This document shows positions 20,452 to 30,465 of a DNA stretch of 64,000 nucleotides, piece after piece. The stretch is from the NCBI GenBank assembly GCA_965216635.1, contig OZ244188.1, positions 1,440,001 through 1,504,000 of the forward strand, given 5' to 3'. This DNA comes from a bacterium (GTDB lineage Bacteria; SAR324; XYD2-FULL-50-16; G965216635). A model generated the notes under the pieces. The model was not told the DNA's origin, did not search any database, and saw nothing but the letters and a program-made list of their open reading frames with translations. The first letter of the stretch is position 1, and each line of letters begins with the position of its first letter. The translations under genes and the position numbers were made by a program.

Positions 20452-20533
20452 TGGGGAGAGAAGGATTCGAACCTACGAAGGCGATGCCGACAGATTTACA
20501 GTCTGTTCCCTTTGGCCACTTGGGTATCTCCCC
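20452..20533 (-). tRNA. tRNA-Tyr(GTA)
   Basis: Reverse complement GGGGAGATACCCAAGTGGCCAAAGGGAACAGACTGTAAATCTG...GGTTCGAATCCTTCTCTCCCCA with long variable arm. Confidence 0.95.
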
Positions 20534-20545
20534 TAATACTAAAAA

Positions 20546-20618
20546 AGCTGGCGATGGGACTTGAACCCGCAACCTGCTGATTACAAATCAGCTGCTCTAC
20601 CAATTGAGCTACGCCAGC
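20546..20618 (-). tRNA. tRNA-Thr(TGT)
   Basis: Reverse complement GCTGGCGTAGCTCAATTGGTAGAGCAGCTGATTTGTAATCAGCAGGTTGCGGGTTCAAGTCCCATCGCCAGCT. Confidence 0.95.
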
Positions 20619-20780
20619 ATTTTTATAAGCGATATTTAGTAAATATCATTTTTATTATCAAAAAACAATAGAAAATATTTACTTTTTGTCGTACAAGAAT
20701 TTTTCTGTTTTGCATTATTTTTGCTTAATCAGTTATAACCATAATGGTGAAAATTTTTAAAAAAAAATAAACCTAAAATT

Positions 20781-23393
20781 ATGAACCCTCAAATTTTTTC
20801 AGTTTCTGGTAAAGATATTCTCTACAATGCAAAACAGATTGCTATCACAAATTGTCACGAGAGACTTACAATCATTCATATTGCTTTAGCTATTTTTAGA
20901 AGCAAAGATTTTCAGCTTACAGAAATTTTTCAAAAACTGAAAGTAGATTTAGATTCTCTTAGAGCATGTTTGCGACAAGAGCTATCAAGTATTCCTCAAA
21001 AAAATATCCTACAAAAAATTATTTATTCTACAAGAACAGAAAAACTAGTAAATTTAGCTATTCAAAAAAGAGACGCAGATAAACATGTTTCAGCGAAGCA
21101 TTTTCTACTTGCCGTTTGCGAACTTGCAGAAAACGGCTTAAAGGAGCTTTTGACAAAAAATAATCTTCAAGCAGAGACTATTACAGAGCTGTTAAAAGAA
21201 AAACAACCAAGTAGGATTACTGACAGTTTTAAGAATGGCAGTAAAGAAGAAAAATCTAACTCTTCTGAGAATAAAACAACTCCTAAAAAAGAAAATTTTA
21301 TTCAAGATTATTGCATAGATTTAGTGAAAAAAGTTGATCAAGGCAAAATGGATCCTGTGATTGGCAGAGACGAAGAATTGAGAAATCTCATTCAAGTGCT
21401 TTTAAGAAGAAGAAAAAACAACCCGATGCTCATTGGGGAACCTGGCGTAGGAAAAACTGCATTAGTGGAAGCTTTGGCAAAAAGAATTTATGAAGGAGAT
21501 GTTCCAGAACATTTACAGGATGTCCAACTTTTGGAATTAGATCTAAGCAAAATGCTTGCAGGCTCTAGATACAGAGGAGACTTTGAAAAAAGAATTAAAG
21601 GAGTAATAGAAGAAATAGTGTCCCTTAAAAAAGGGGCAGTTTTATTTATAGATGAATTACACACTCTGGTGGGGGCTGGTTCTACAGAGGGAGGTCTGGA
21701 TGCTTCTAATATGTTTAAGCCTGCTTTAGCGAGAGGAGAACTTCATTGTATCGGAGCCACAACTCTAAAAGAATACAAAAAAAAAATAGAACCAGATTCT
21801 GCATTAACTAGGAGATTTCAAACCATAGTCATAAAAGAACCAGATAAACAAAACTGTGTTGGGATATTAAGAGGACTGAAAGAAAAATATGAATTGCACC
21901 ATGGGGTCCGAATTCAAGATGCTGCTATTGTAGCTGCTAGCGAGCTTTCCGATAGATATGTCAATCATAGATTTTTACCCGATAAAGCTATAGATTTAAT
22001 TGATGAAGCAGCGTCTAAAATGCGTATGGAAATAGATTCTATGCCGATAGAAATAGATTTACTAGATAGAAAAATTTTACAACTAGAAATTGAAAAAACA
22101 GCTTTAAAGAAAGAAAAAGATGATGCTTCTAAAAAAAGACTCCAAGAAATTGAAAATGAAATTTCTACTGGTCAAGAAAAAAGAGATACTTCCAAAAAAC
22201 AGTGGCTAGAGGAAAAAAATGTTATAGAAAAAAATAGAAAAATAAAAGAAGAAATTGAAAAAAAAAAAAAAGAGGAACTAGACGCACAAAGACAAGGCAA
22301 TTTGGAATTGGCTGCAGAAATAAGATACGGAGATTTGACTCAACTCCATAAAGAGCAACAAGAAATCAATCAAAAAATAGATAACTTCGGAGAAAAAAGA
22401 TTCTTAAAAGAAGAGGTAGGTAGAGAGGAAGTTTGTGCGGTGCTTTCTAAATGGACAGGTATTCCTTTAGAAAAAATGTTGCTCTCCGAAAAAGAAAAAC
22501 TTTTGAGTTTAGAACAACATTTACAAAAAAGAGTAGTCGGACAAGAAACCGCCATCAACGCTGTTTCTAACTCTGTGCGTAGAGCCAGAACCTACATAGA
22601 TGACCCGCGCAAACCTTCTGGTTCCTTTTTCTTCTTTGGTCCTACAGGTGTCGGAAAAACAGAATTGGTAAAAGCTCTAGCAGATATTCTTTTTAAAGAC
22701 GAACAAGTTATTATCCGCTTAGATATGTCAGAATATATGGAAAAACATACCATTTCTCGCTTAATAGGTGCTCCCCCCGGCTATGTGGGTTATGGTGAAG
22801 GAGGATTGCTTACAGAAGCTGTACACCGCAACCCTTATTCCATTGTACTTTTTGATGAAATTGAAAAGGGGCATCCTGAAGTTTTTAATATTTTGCTGCA
22901 AATTTTAGACGAAGGAACTCTAACAGACTCCAAAGGTTTAAAAGTGAGTTTTAAAAATACCCTTGTAATTCTTACCAGCAATTTTGGTAGCCATATATTT
23001 TTTGAAGAAAACAAAAGACTAACCCCAGCTATTGCTCGTGAAATTTTACTACAAAAATTCAAACCAGAATTGCTCAATCGGGTAGACGAGATTATCCCTT
23101 TTTATCCTTTGAGAAAAGATGATATATTAGAAATTATTGGGATTCATTTTCAAAATGTGCAGAAAAATTTACGCAATCAAAATATAGAAGTTAGCATTAC
23201 TCAAGAAACTCTGCATTACTTAGTAGAAATTGGTTTTGATAAAGAATTCGGAGCTAGACCTTTACGCAGAATTGTACAAAAAGAATTATTAGATATTATT
23301 GCCTATAAAATAGTGGACGGCACTATCCAAGAAAACGATAAAATTGAAGTTCGCTATGCAAACAAACATTTAACTCTACACCGCGTTCGCTAA
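20781..23393 (+). CDS. clpB: Chaperone ClpB
   Basis: Two AAA+ modules (GEPGVGKT, GPTGVGKT), coiled-coil middle domain, RFLPDKAIDL, GARPL. Confidence 0.93.
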   Translation: MNPQIFSVSGKDILYNAKQIAITNCHERLTIIHIALAIFRSKDFQLTEIFQKLKVDLDSLRACLRQELSSIPQKNILQKIIYSTRTEKLVNLAIQKRDADKHVSAKHFLLAVCELAENGLKELLTKNNLQAETITELLKEKQPSRITDSFKNGSKEEKSNSSENKTTPKKENFIQDYCIDLVKKVDQGKMDPVIGRDEELRNLIQVLLRRRKNNPMLIGEPGVGKTALVEALAKRIYEGDVPEHLQDVQLLELDLSKMLAGSRYRGDFEKRIKGVIEEIVSLKKGAVLFIDELHTLVGAGSTEGGLDASNMFKPALARGELHCIGATTLKEYKKKIEPDSALTRRFQTIVIKEPDKQNCVGILRGLKEKYELHHGVRIQDAAIVAASELSDRYVNHRFLPDKAIDLIDEAASKMRMEIDSMPIEIDLLDRKILQLEIEKTALKKEKDDASKKRLQEIENEISTGQEKRDTSKKQWLEEKNVIEKNRKIKEEIEKKKKEELDAQRQGNLELAAEIRYGDLTQLHKEQQEINQKIDNFGEKRFLKEEVGREEVCAVLSKWTGIPLEKMLLSEKEKLLSLEQHLQKRVVGQETAINAVSNSVRRARTYIDDPRKPSGSFFFFGPTGVGKTELVKALADILFKDEQVIIRLDMSEYMEKHTISRLIGAPPGYVGYGEGGLLTEAVHRNPYSIVLFDEIEKGHPEVFNILLQILDEGTLTDSKGLKVSFKNTLVILTSNFGSHIFFEENKRLTPAIAREILLQKFKPELLNRVDEIIPFYPLRKDDILEIIGIHFQNVQKNLRNQNIEVSITQETLHYLVEIGFDKEFGARPLRRIVQKELLDIIAYKIVDGTIQENDKIEVRYANKHLTLHRVR

Positions 23394-24052
23394 TGAAACG
23401 CACAATTATCGTAGGAGACATTCATAGTTGTGCAGACGAGCTGATAGAGTTATTGGATAAAGTTAAATTCCAAAAAGAAAAAGAACGTTTGATTTTTATA
23501 GGAGATTTACTGGGAAAAGGTAGCAAACCGCTTGAGACTTTTCTGATTTATAAGCAAACAGAAGCAATCTGTATTATGGGCAATGCCGAATTAGCCTTTC
23601 TTAAGCATAGTAAAGATCCAAGTTTTTTAAAAGAATACATAGAGCCCACCAAAAAAGCTTTAGGCAAACACTACACAGATTTTATCAATCAAGCCTATTC
23701 ATTTCCGCACTATCTAGAAGAAAAAGATTTTATCGCCGTTCACGCAGGATTACTGCCAAATAAAAAACCACAACATACGGATTTAGAAAAATTGGCGAAA
23801 ATCAGAAAAGTAGCTGATCCCCAAAACCCTAAAAAACTAAAAAGCTGGTTTGATTTTTACAAAGGAAAAAAACTCATTGTTTTCGGGCACTGGGCAGCTT
23901 TGAATGGAATAGTAAGAGACAATGTGATTGGTTTAGATACAGGCTGTGTCTACGGGAAAAAGCTCACTGCCCTTGTTTTATCCAATGACACTCCACCAAA
24001 AAGAGAAATCGTATCCGTACAAGCAAAAAAACAATACTTGGCTATTGAGTAG
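23393..24052 (+). CDS. Metallophosphoesterase, ApaH/PrpE-like
   Basis: GDIH, GDL, GN, VHAG, FGHW, LDTGCVYG. Confidence 0.9.
   Translation: MKRTIIVGDIHSCADELIELLDKVKFQKEKERLIFIGDLLGKGSKPLETFLIYKQTEAICIMGNAELAFLKHSKDPSFLKEYIEPTKKALGKHYTDFINQAYSFPHYLEEKDFIAVHAGLLPNKKPQHTDLEKLAKIRKVADPQNPKKLKSWFDFYKGKKLIVFGHWAALNGIVRDNVIGLDTGCVYGKKLTALVLSNDTPPKREIVSVQAKKQYLAIE
23942..24018 (+). repeat. 77-bp direct repeat, left copy (in phosphoesterase 3' region)
   Basis: GGCTGTGTCTACGGGAAAAAGCTC...GAAATCGTATCCGT; recurs at 26144-26220 with 1 mismatch. Confidence 0.95.
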
Positions 24053-24057
24053 TTTTT

Positions 24058-24728
24058 TTAAGTTTCTTGCTTTTCATTTTTAAAAATATAATGGTGTCGT
24101 GTGGGAGTATTTTTAATTAAATTAAAATGACAATCTTTATATTTGAATCTAAAAGACTTACCGAACACTTTACCAGCCTTAATAATATCACTTTTATAAA
24201 TATCCTTTAATTCTCCGTTGGGAATACTAATAAGTGCTACTGATTCAATTTCTAAGGTTTCAGAGTTATAAACAACACTTAAAATATAGGTTAAACAAAT
24301 TTTTTCTTCCTCTTGCCTTTGTTATAATGTGTAGGTAAATTTGAACTAAAAGCTTTACTTGGATAACTAGTTTGATTTTGTCCTATGGGTATACTATTTT
24401 TATAATCAGATGTATTTTCTATTTTACAGGTTTTTATGTCTATATGAATAAAAGCATTGTAAGTTTCAAATAATAAATCTGCTCCGATAGGAGTTGAGTT
24501 TGGTATACCTAATTGATTAAAAAGCCAAAAATAAATCCTTTCTGCTCCTCTAGAAAAATCTGAAGTTTGCTGCGCAGATTTTTTGAATATTTTTTCCCAA
24601 TCATTCTTTATCTTATCGCTAGACTTTAAGCCCGCCAGCATTTTATCTATATCTTGTTTTAGAGTATAGATAATTGCCTTAAAATAATGATATTCCCATT
24701 TTTCTATACACTTTTTATCTAGGGGCAT
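24058..24728 (-). pseudogene. Type II restriction endonuclease (BglI/SfiI-like), frameshifted near 24313
   Basis: ORF 24291-24728 has AD...DIK and NQTS; the sequence continues in another frame EEEKICLTYIL...SIPNGEL...KAGK...FRF to TAA at 24058. Length of 671 nt fits a 1-nt deletion. Confidence 0.75.
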
Positions 24729-25957
24729 ATGTCAATTTTATTTATTCTTTTTTGCATTATAGGAATAAAATCTTTTTGAATATCAATCAAAATAGATCTT
24801 TTATTTAATCTCTGATCTACAACTCCAGTAGTTCCGCTCCCTGCAAAGGGGTCTAAAACAATACCACTTGGAGGACAACAAGCTTTTATCGCTAGCTCTG
24901 GTATGCTTTCTGGAAATACTGCAAAATGATTATCATTACTTTTAGCTGTATTAGAAACAAATAAATCACTAGGGTTTTTTCCTTTTGGGTGGTGTTTAAC
25001 TAATTGAAGTTCTTTATGTTCTGTGGTCAGCTCTTTGTCGTATTTATCACTAAATCTAAGTATTTTTTTTAACGCTATCCAATCTTCTTTTGAGGGATAA
25101 GAAAAACCAGCATCTAATCTAAACCAGTGCGATACTTTATACTTATATTCATTATAGCCTAATATATTAACTAAATCATTTTTTGTTAGATTGTTTTCTT
25201 TTAAACATTGATTGAAATAACTAACAAGATCTGTTTTAGAAACTTTTATTTTTCTTTTGATAGTATATTTATTTCCATTGATAGAAATTCTAGCACCAGG
25301 CGATTGCCCTAAATTTTTTGTTTCTCCAACAAATTTACCGTTATAATTTAATTTAGGAGCTTGTTCTTTTTGAGTGGTCTTATGTGGAATTCTAATAGAA
25401 TCTAAATCAAAATAAATTTGTTTTTCCCAATCATTTTTAGAAAAAAAATAGATAAATTCGTAACTATTGGAAAATCTACTTTTAACTGGCGATGGCATTG
25501 CATTCGGTTTATGCCAAATAATTTGGTTTCTGATTAACCAACCCTGCTCTTGCATTCCAATTGCTACTCTTTGAGGAATCATTTGCAAACTTTGATTTGT
25601 ATAACTATCCCCTATATTTAAAAAAAATGCCCCATCATCTTTCAAAACTCTTAAAAAATCATTAAAAATTAATACAAGTTTTTTAACATATTCTTCAGGT
25701 TTTTTTTCTGCTCCTATCTGCTCTCCATTATAGTAATCTTTTAAATTCCAATAAGGCGGGGAAGTGACTATAACAGAAATACTTTTATCAGGGATTTTTT
25801 TTATAGCCTTTGTTATATTATCAATAATTACCAAAGGAACAGTTGACGTGGGTAAGTTAATATATTCTCCTAATTTTAACTCTAAACCCATTTTTTGTTT
25901 AGGTAGAATATAATTATAACTGTTCTGTAATTGTCTTTTTTCGGCAACTTGAAACAT
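24719..25957 (-). CDS. Beta-class N4-cytosine/N6-adenine DNA methyltransferase
   Basis: VTSPPYW, IIWHKPNAMP, HFAVFP, VLDPFAGSGTT. Confidence 0.92.
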   Translation of the reverse strand: MFQVAEKRQLQNSYNYILPKQKMGLELKLGEYINLPTSTVPLVIIDNITKAIKKIPDKSISVIVTSPPYWNLKDYYNGEQIGAEKKPEEYVKKLVLIFNDFLRVLKDDGAFFLNIGDSYTNQSLQMIPQRVAIGMQEQGWLIRNQIIWHKPNAMPSPVKSRFSNSYEFIYFFSKNDWEKQIYFDLDSIRIPHKTTQKEQAPKLNYNGKFVGETKNLGQSPGARISINGNKYTIKRKIKVSKTDLVSYFNQCLKENNLTKNDLVNILGYNEYKYKVSHWFRLDAGFSYPSKEDWIALKKILRFSDKYDKELTTEHKELQLVKHHPKGKNPSDLFVSNTAKSNDNHFAVFPESIPELAIKACCPPSGIVLDPFAGSGTTGVVDQRLNKRSILIDIQKDFIPIMQKRINKIDICP

Positions 25958-26143
25958 TTTTTAATTGAAAAAATTTATTTGAATCAAAGGTCCTGTGGAT
26001 AATGATTAGAGACTGAAAGAGTAAAACTAAATTTCAAAAAATACAATTTTTTTTATCCAATTTTATAAAAAAGAAATAGAAATTTATTAGATATTTTTGT
26101 TATAAAAGAGTTTTACCTATGTCTAAATATTTAAAAGTGATTT

Positions 26144-26220
26144 GGCTGTGTCTACGGGAAAAAGCTCACTGCCCTTGTTTTATCCGATGACACTCCACCA
26201 AAAAGAGAAATCGTATCCGT
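26144..26220 (+). repeat. 77-bp direct repeat, right copy
   Basis: Copy of 23942-24018. Confidence 0.95.
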
Positions 26221-26421
26221 GACAGAGGAAAAGGATTAGCACAACTATTGCATTTAATACAAGAAAAAGGAGAAATGATCATTATAAGTAATAGAGACTA
26301 TTGCAAATTTTCTTTTAAAAATGATAAACTTCAATCTGAAACCCATAGTAGTAGTATTCCCTTGAAAGGAACTTTAATACAGTGGAGATTGCCTTATAAT
26401 CAATTAACTAAAAACAAATAA
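26221..26421 (+). pseudogene. C-terminal remnant of a GHKL/HATPase-like protein
   Basis: Translates DRGKGLAQLLHLIQEKGEMIIISNRDYC...PLKGTLIQWRLP...NK*; ends 4 nt before the STAS-like gene; no start. Confidence 0.6.
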
Positions 26422-26425
26422 AAAA

Positions 26426-26776
26426 ATGGAATTAAGTATAGCAAAAAATTTTTCCGATATACCTATTGGACGCTACGAAACAGATAGTGATTTTAGTGGA
26501 GAGCATTTTAGAGATAAATATCTAAAACCTAAACTAGAAGAACTTTCTAATGGGGAAAAATTAGTTGTAGATATTAGAGAAATAGAAGGTTATGGTTCTT
26601 CTTTTTTAGAAGAAGCTTTTGGTGGTCTTGTTCGCAAAGGTTATTTTAGTAGCGATCAATTACAAGAAAAACTAAAAATTAAAGACGATGAAATCTATGC
26701 AATCTATACTAGACTTATATGGAAATATATAAAAGAAGCAGGACACATCAAAAAGCAAAATAATGCTAGCAAATAG
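26426..26776 (+). CDS. STAS-like domain protein (DUF4325-type)
   Basis: IAKNFSDIPIGRY...SGEHFR...GYGSSFLEEAFGGLVR. Confidence 0.8.
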   Translation: MELSIAKNFSDIPIGRYETDSDFSGEHFRDKYLKPKLEELSNGEKLVVDIREIEGYGSSFLEEAFGGLVRKGYFSSDQLQEKLKIKDDEIYAIYTRLIWKYIKEAGHIKKQNNASK

Positions 26777-27197
26777 TGCTATTATTTCTGCTATTGTTGC
26801 AGTTATTATTTCTTTTATTCTTAATCTTGTGCAAATTCATTTTTTCACAAAAAAAGAAAATAAAAGAAAAGATTTAGAATATTTCTTTCAAAAATTAGAA
26901 GAATTAGATGTTTTTTGCTTTAAATATTGGCATAGAGGAGAAAAGGAAGATAAATTTTTGATTGCTACTAAAATAAAGTATAGAACTTTTTTGTTTTCCT
27001 CTTTACTCAAAAGTATTGAAAAAAAATATAGACTTAAAAACAGCACACCCATTTGGAATTCACTTGATAATCTTCTAGATTCTGCTACGAATGAAAGTTT
27101 CGAAGGAATCAAACATCAAAAAAATCCTAAAACCTACCAAAAGATCACAAAAATAATTAACGAATTACACAGAAATATTCTAGCATATATTTGGTGA
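26763..27197 (+). CDS. Hypothetical protein with N-terminal transmembrane helix
   Basis: AIISAIVAVIISFILNLV followed by a helical basic region; overlaps the STAS-like gene. Confidence 0.65.
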   Translation: MLANSAIISAIVAVIISFILNLVQIHFFTKKENKRKDLEYFFQKLEELDVFCFKYWHRGEKEDKFLIATKIKYRTFLFSSLLKSIEKKYRLKNSTPIWNSLDNLLDSATNESFEGIKHQKNPKTYQKITKIINELHRNILAYIW

Positions 27198-28753
27198 TTT
27201 TATCTTTTACTAATTTTTGGGGTCAAAATAAGCCTCATTCATCTCCAACACAACCGCCTCACTCATATCCGAATCTTCTTATCTACAAAGCTATCCTTGT
27301 AGGGATTTTACAGGGACTTTATTTTTTACCTTTCCCTAGTGCTTGGGCTTTCATTTCTTTTTTTTTATTCCTTTTGCATTGCTGGTTTTTGGTAGATTTA
27401 TTTTTCCAATCTAAAAACCTTAAAAAATTATTATTTTTCAGCTACCTTTTTTTATTACCCTCTTGTGCTATCCGCTATGGCTGGATTTTTTCTAGTCTTT
27501 GGGCTTATGGAGACTACAGCCAACCCGTTTTATTTTTCTTTTATCTTTTAGGAGTTCATTGGATAGTATTTATTCATCTGGTTTGTTTTGGGGCAACATT
27601 TTTTATTCTCCGAAGAACCACCGCTCTATTTTTCAAAAAAAAAATCGCGACCTATTCTAAAATCACAATTTATATTATCAGCTATTTTGCTGCAAGACTC
27701 TTATTAGACATCTCTTATGTGCCTGGTGGAGAATGGGTAGAAAATCCTTTTTTAGGAAATTTATTAGCACCGTCTTTTTTAGTTTTAGGCTCGCATATTT
27801 TAGATAGTTGGGTTTATTTTCTGACTTTGGTGGTTCTTTTTAGCGTTCAAAAAAAAACGCTCCCTAAAGCATTTTTGCTAGCTATTTTTTTTATTGTTTT
27901 AGTTATAGCTGTCACAGGTTTTTTTTATAAAAACACCTCTGCTAGCCAGCAGCAAATAAAATTCGCACTGATTACAAAAAGATTTATCCATCCAAAAGAA
28001 TTAGAAAATTTTATTAAAAAACAAAAAAATTCTTCTATAAACCTTTGGATAACCGCCGAAACTGCGGTAGATTTTTATCTGGAGACAGATAACTTTCTAT
28101 CAAAATTGCATAGTATTTTACCTAAAAACCAAGTATGGGTGATCGGAGCGAAAAAAAAAGAATTGGGTGAAAATCAATTTTTTTATTATAACTCAGCTTA
28201 TTTTATTGAAGCGAAAAATTTCACAAATAGACATTATAAAAAAGAGCTATTAGTGCCTTTTGCCGAATACATCCCCTCTTGGGCGAATTTTTTAAAAATA
28301 AATCCTTTAGTCAACTTGGGGCATCTATATCAATCCGCTCCAAAAAAAAATATTGGCTCTGTATTTCAATGGAAAGATAAAAACATTGCTCTAGGGATTT
28401 GTTTTGAAGAATATTTTGATAATTGGTATTTTTCAAAAAAACAGCCTGTAGCTATGTATATTTTTCTAAACAGTGAAACTTTTTTTAATAAATGGGGAAA
28501 GCATTTTTTAAAAAACACAGCAGCGAGCAAAGCCAAACAGTGGAATGCTCCTAGTTTAAGAACGACTTTTTCGGGTTATTCTGGTTTTTGGCAATCTGCA
28601 AAAGCAGGAAAGGCTTCACAGGAAAAAAATTTTCTTACTGGAGAAATTTTTTTAAATTCAAAAAGTAGTATTTTCCTTTCTTTTGGGAAAATCATTCATA
28701 GCTTAAATTTTTTATTTTTTGTATGTTTGCTATTACTAACTAAAGAAAAATGA
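27191..28753 (+). CDS. lnt: Apolipoprotein N-acyltransferase-like, divergent
   Basis: Multi-TM N-terminus plus nitrilase triad: AETA, YNSA, YKKELLVPFAEYIP, ICFE. Start uncertain. Confidence 0.8.
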   Translation: MVILSFTNFWGQNKPHSSPTQPPHSYPNLLIYKAILVGILQGLYFLPFPSAWAFISFFLFLLHCWFLVDLFFQSKNLKKLLFFSYLFLLPSCAIRYGWIFSSLWAYGDYSQPVLFFFYLLGVHWIVFIHLVCFGATFFILRRTTALFFKKKIATYSKITIYIISYFAARLLLDISYVPGGEWVENPFLGNLLAPSFLVLGSHILDSWVYFLTLVVLFSVQKKTLPKAFLLAIFFIVLVIAVTGFFYKNTSASQQQIKFALITKRFIHPKELENFIKKQKNSSINLWITAETAVDFYLETDNFLSKLHSILPKNQVWVIGAKKKELGENQFFYYNSAYFIEAKNFTNRHYKKELLVPFAEYIPSWANFLKINPLVNLGHLYQSAPKKNIGSVFQWKDKNIALGICFEEYFDNWYFSKKQPVAMYIFLNSETFFNKWGKHFLKNTAASKAKQWNAPSLRTTFSGYSGFWQSAKAGKASQEKNFLTGEIFLNSKSSIFLSFGKIIHSLNFLFFVCLLLLTKEK

Positions 28754-30465
28754 ATCAAGATATTTACCGAGCACTACTGCAGAAAAAAAAGAAGCTAGAG
28801 TCTACCACTTTGGAACAACTTTTTAAAAAAGATAAAAATAGAGAAGAAAAGTTTAGTTTTCAAAGAGACGGGTTGCTCTTTGATTTTTCAAAAAACTTGC
28901 TTGATTCGGAAGTTTTACAAATTTTTGAAAAACAAAGCCAAAAAATTCAACTCCAAGTATCCATTGAAAAAATGTTTTCGGGAGAAAAAATCAACCATAC
29001 AGAAAATAATTCTGTTTTGCATATAGCCCTCAGAAAAAACCACCAGCAAAAAAACCACCAGCAAAAAAACCAGCAGCAGAAAAACTATTCCTTAACTCAA
29101 GACGAAACCTCCATAGATAAATTTGTGGCAGACGAGCTGCAAAAAATGAAATCCTTTTGCCAAAAACTACAAACAGGAGTCTTAAAAGGTAGCACTGGAA
29201 AAAAAATAAACACCCTAGTGCATATTGGTATAGGAGGCTCATTTTGGGGAATGAAAATGACTACTTTTGCTTTAAAATCATTCCAAACGAACAATATTAA
29301 ATTTTTTTTTGCATCGCACTTATCAGGTAACGACTTGTCTTGCCTTAATGAATGCAACCCCGAACAAACTCTTTTTTTGATCTGCTCTAAAACATTTCAA
29401 ACAGAAGAAACGATTTGCAACGCACTACTTGCTAAAGAATGGTTACAAAATTCTCTACAAGATAAGTTTATTTTTGCAAAGCACTTTGTGGCAATCACTG
29501 CCGAAACGAAAAAAGCCCTTGAGTTTGGTATGGCGGAGGAATCTATCTTTGCTATAAAAAGTTGGGTTGGCGGTAGGTTTTCTGTTTCTTCTGCTATGAA
29601 TTTGATTTTAATGACAAAGGTTGGGTATCAGAATTTCAAGGAATTTTTAGCGGGAATGAATTTAGAAGATGAGGCGTTTTTAAAAACCCCATTTTTGCAA
29701 AACATTCCAATTCTGCTAGCTTGGATTGGAATCTGGTATAGAAATTTTTGGGATTTTCCCAGCCTCGCTATTTTACCCTACTCGCAAGAATTGAAACATT
29801 TGCCTAATTACTTGCAACAACTAGAAATGGAAAGTAATGGAAAATCCATCACTCGCAGTGGAGAGAAATTATCGCACCCTACCTCTCCAGTAATTTTCGG
29901 ACAAATAGGTACAGATTTTCAGCATTCTTTCGTTCAGTTTTTATCCCAAGGCACAGGCTCAATCCCTTGCGATTTTATTGCTTTTGCTACGGCTTGCGGT
30001 GAAAATTCATTGACGAAAAAAGAAATGGCTTTGGAAAGACACCAAAGACTTATTTCCCATTTTTTTTCTCAGCAGCTGGCGTTGGCTTTTGGAACATCGG
30101 CATTTGGAACATCGGCATTTGAAACGGGCAATTCAGAAAAAGAAACTTTAGAAGAACCTTTTGCAAAATTTAAACAATTAGAAGGAAACCGCCCTAGCCA
30201 ATGTCTTTTTTTTGATAGACTTACTCCTAAAAATCTAGGTCGCTTGATTGCAATTTACGAACACAAGGTTTTTGTGCAAGGACTTTTGTGGGATATTTTT
30301 TCTTTTGATCAGTGGGGAGTAGAACAAGGCAAACGGCTAGCTAAAAAAATACTACCTCATTTACAAAAAAAAGAAAAAATATCAGCGGACTACAGAATCA
30401 AAAAACAAGCAGATTTTTTCCAGCACCATTTTTTTGAAACCAAAAATAAGCCTTTCAAATTATGA
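28750..30465 (+). CDS. pgi: Glucose-6-phosphate isomerase
   Basis: DFSKN, LHIALR, IGIGGS, WVGGRFS, QQLEMESNGK, FDQWGVEQGK. Confidence 0.95.
   Translation: MNQDIYRALLQKKKKLESTTLEQLFKKDKNREEKFSFQRDGLLFDFSKNLLDSEVLQIFEKQSQKIQLQVSIEKMFSGEKINHTENNSVLHIALRKNHQQKNHQQKNQQQKNYSLTQDETSIDKFVADELQKMKSFCQKLQTGVLKGSTGKKINTLVHIGIGGSFWGMKMTTFALKSFQTNNIKFFFASHLSGNDLSCLNECNPEQTLFLICSKTFQTEETICNALLAKEWLQNSLQDKFIFAKHFVAITAETKKALEFGMAEESIFAIKSWVGGRFSVSSAMNLILMTKVGYQNFKEFLAGMNLEDEAFLKTPFLQNIPILLAWIGIWYRNFWDFPSLAILPYSQELKHLPNYLQQLEMESNGKSITRSGEKLSHPTSPVIFGQIGTDFQHSFVQFLSQGTGSIPCDFIAFATACGENSLTKKEMALERHQRLISHFFSQQLALAFGTSAFGTSAFETGNSEKETLEEPFAKFKQLEGNRPSQCLFFDRLTPKNLGRLIAIYEHKVFVQGLLWDIFSFDQWGVEQGKRLAKKILPHLQKKEKISADYRIKKQADFFQHHFFETKNKPFKL

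Noticed and set aside
20002..20564. ORFs 20002-20223 (-) and 20181-20564 (+)
   Set aside because: Shadow frames over tRNA genes.
25994..26002. DnaA box (TGTGGATAA) as a possible oriC
   Set aside because: Single box inside an RM cassette; no cluster and no dnaA nearby.
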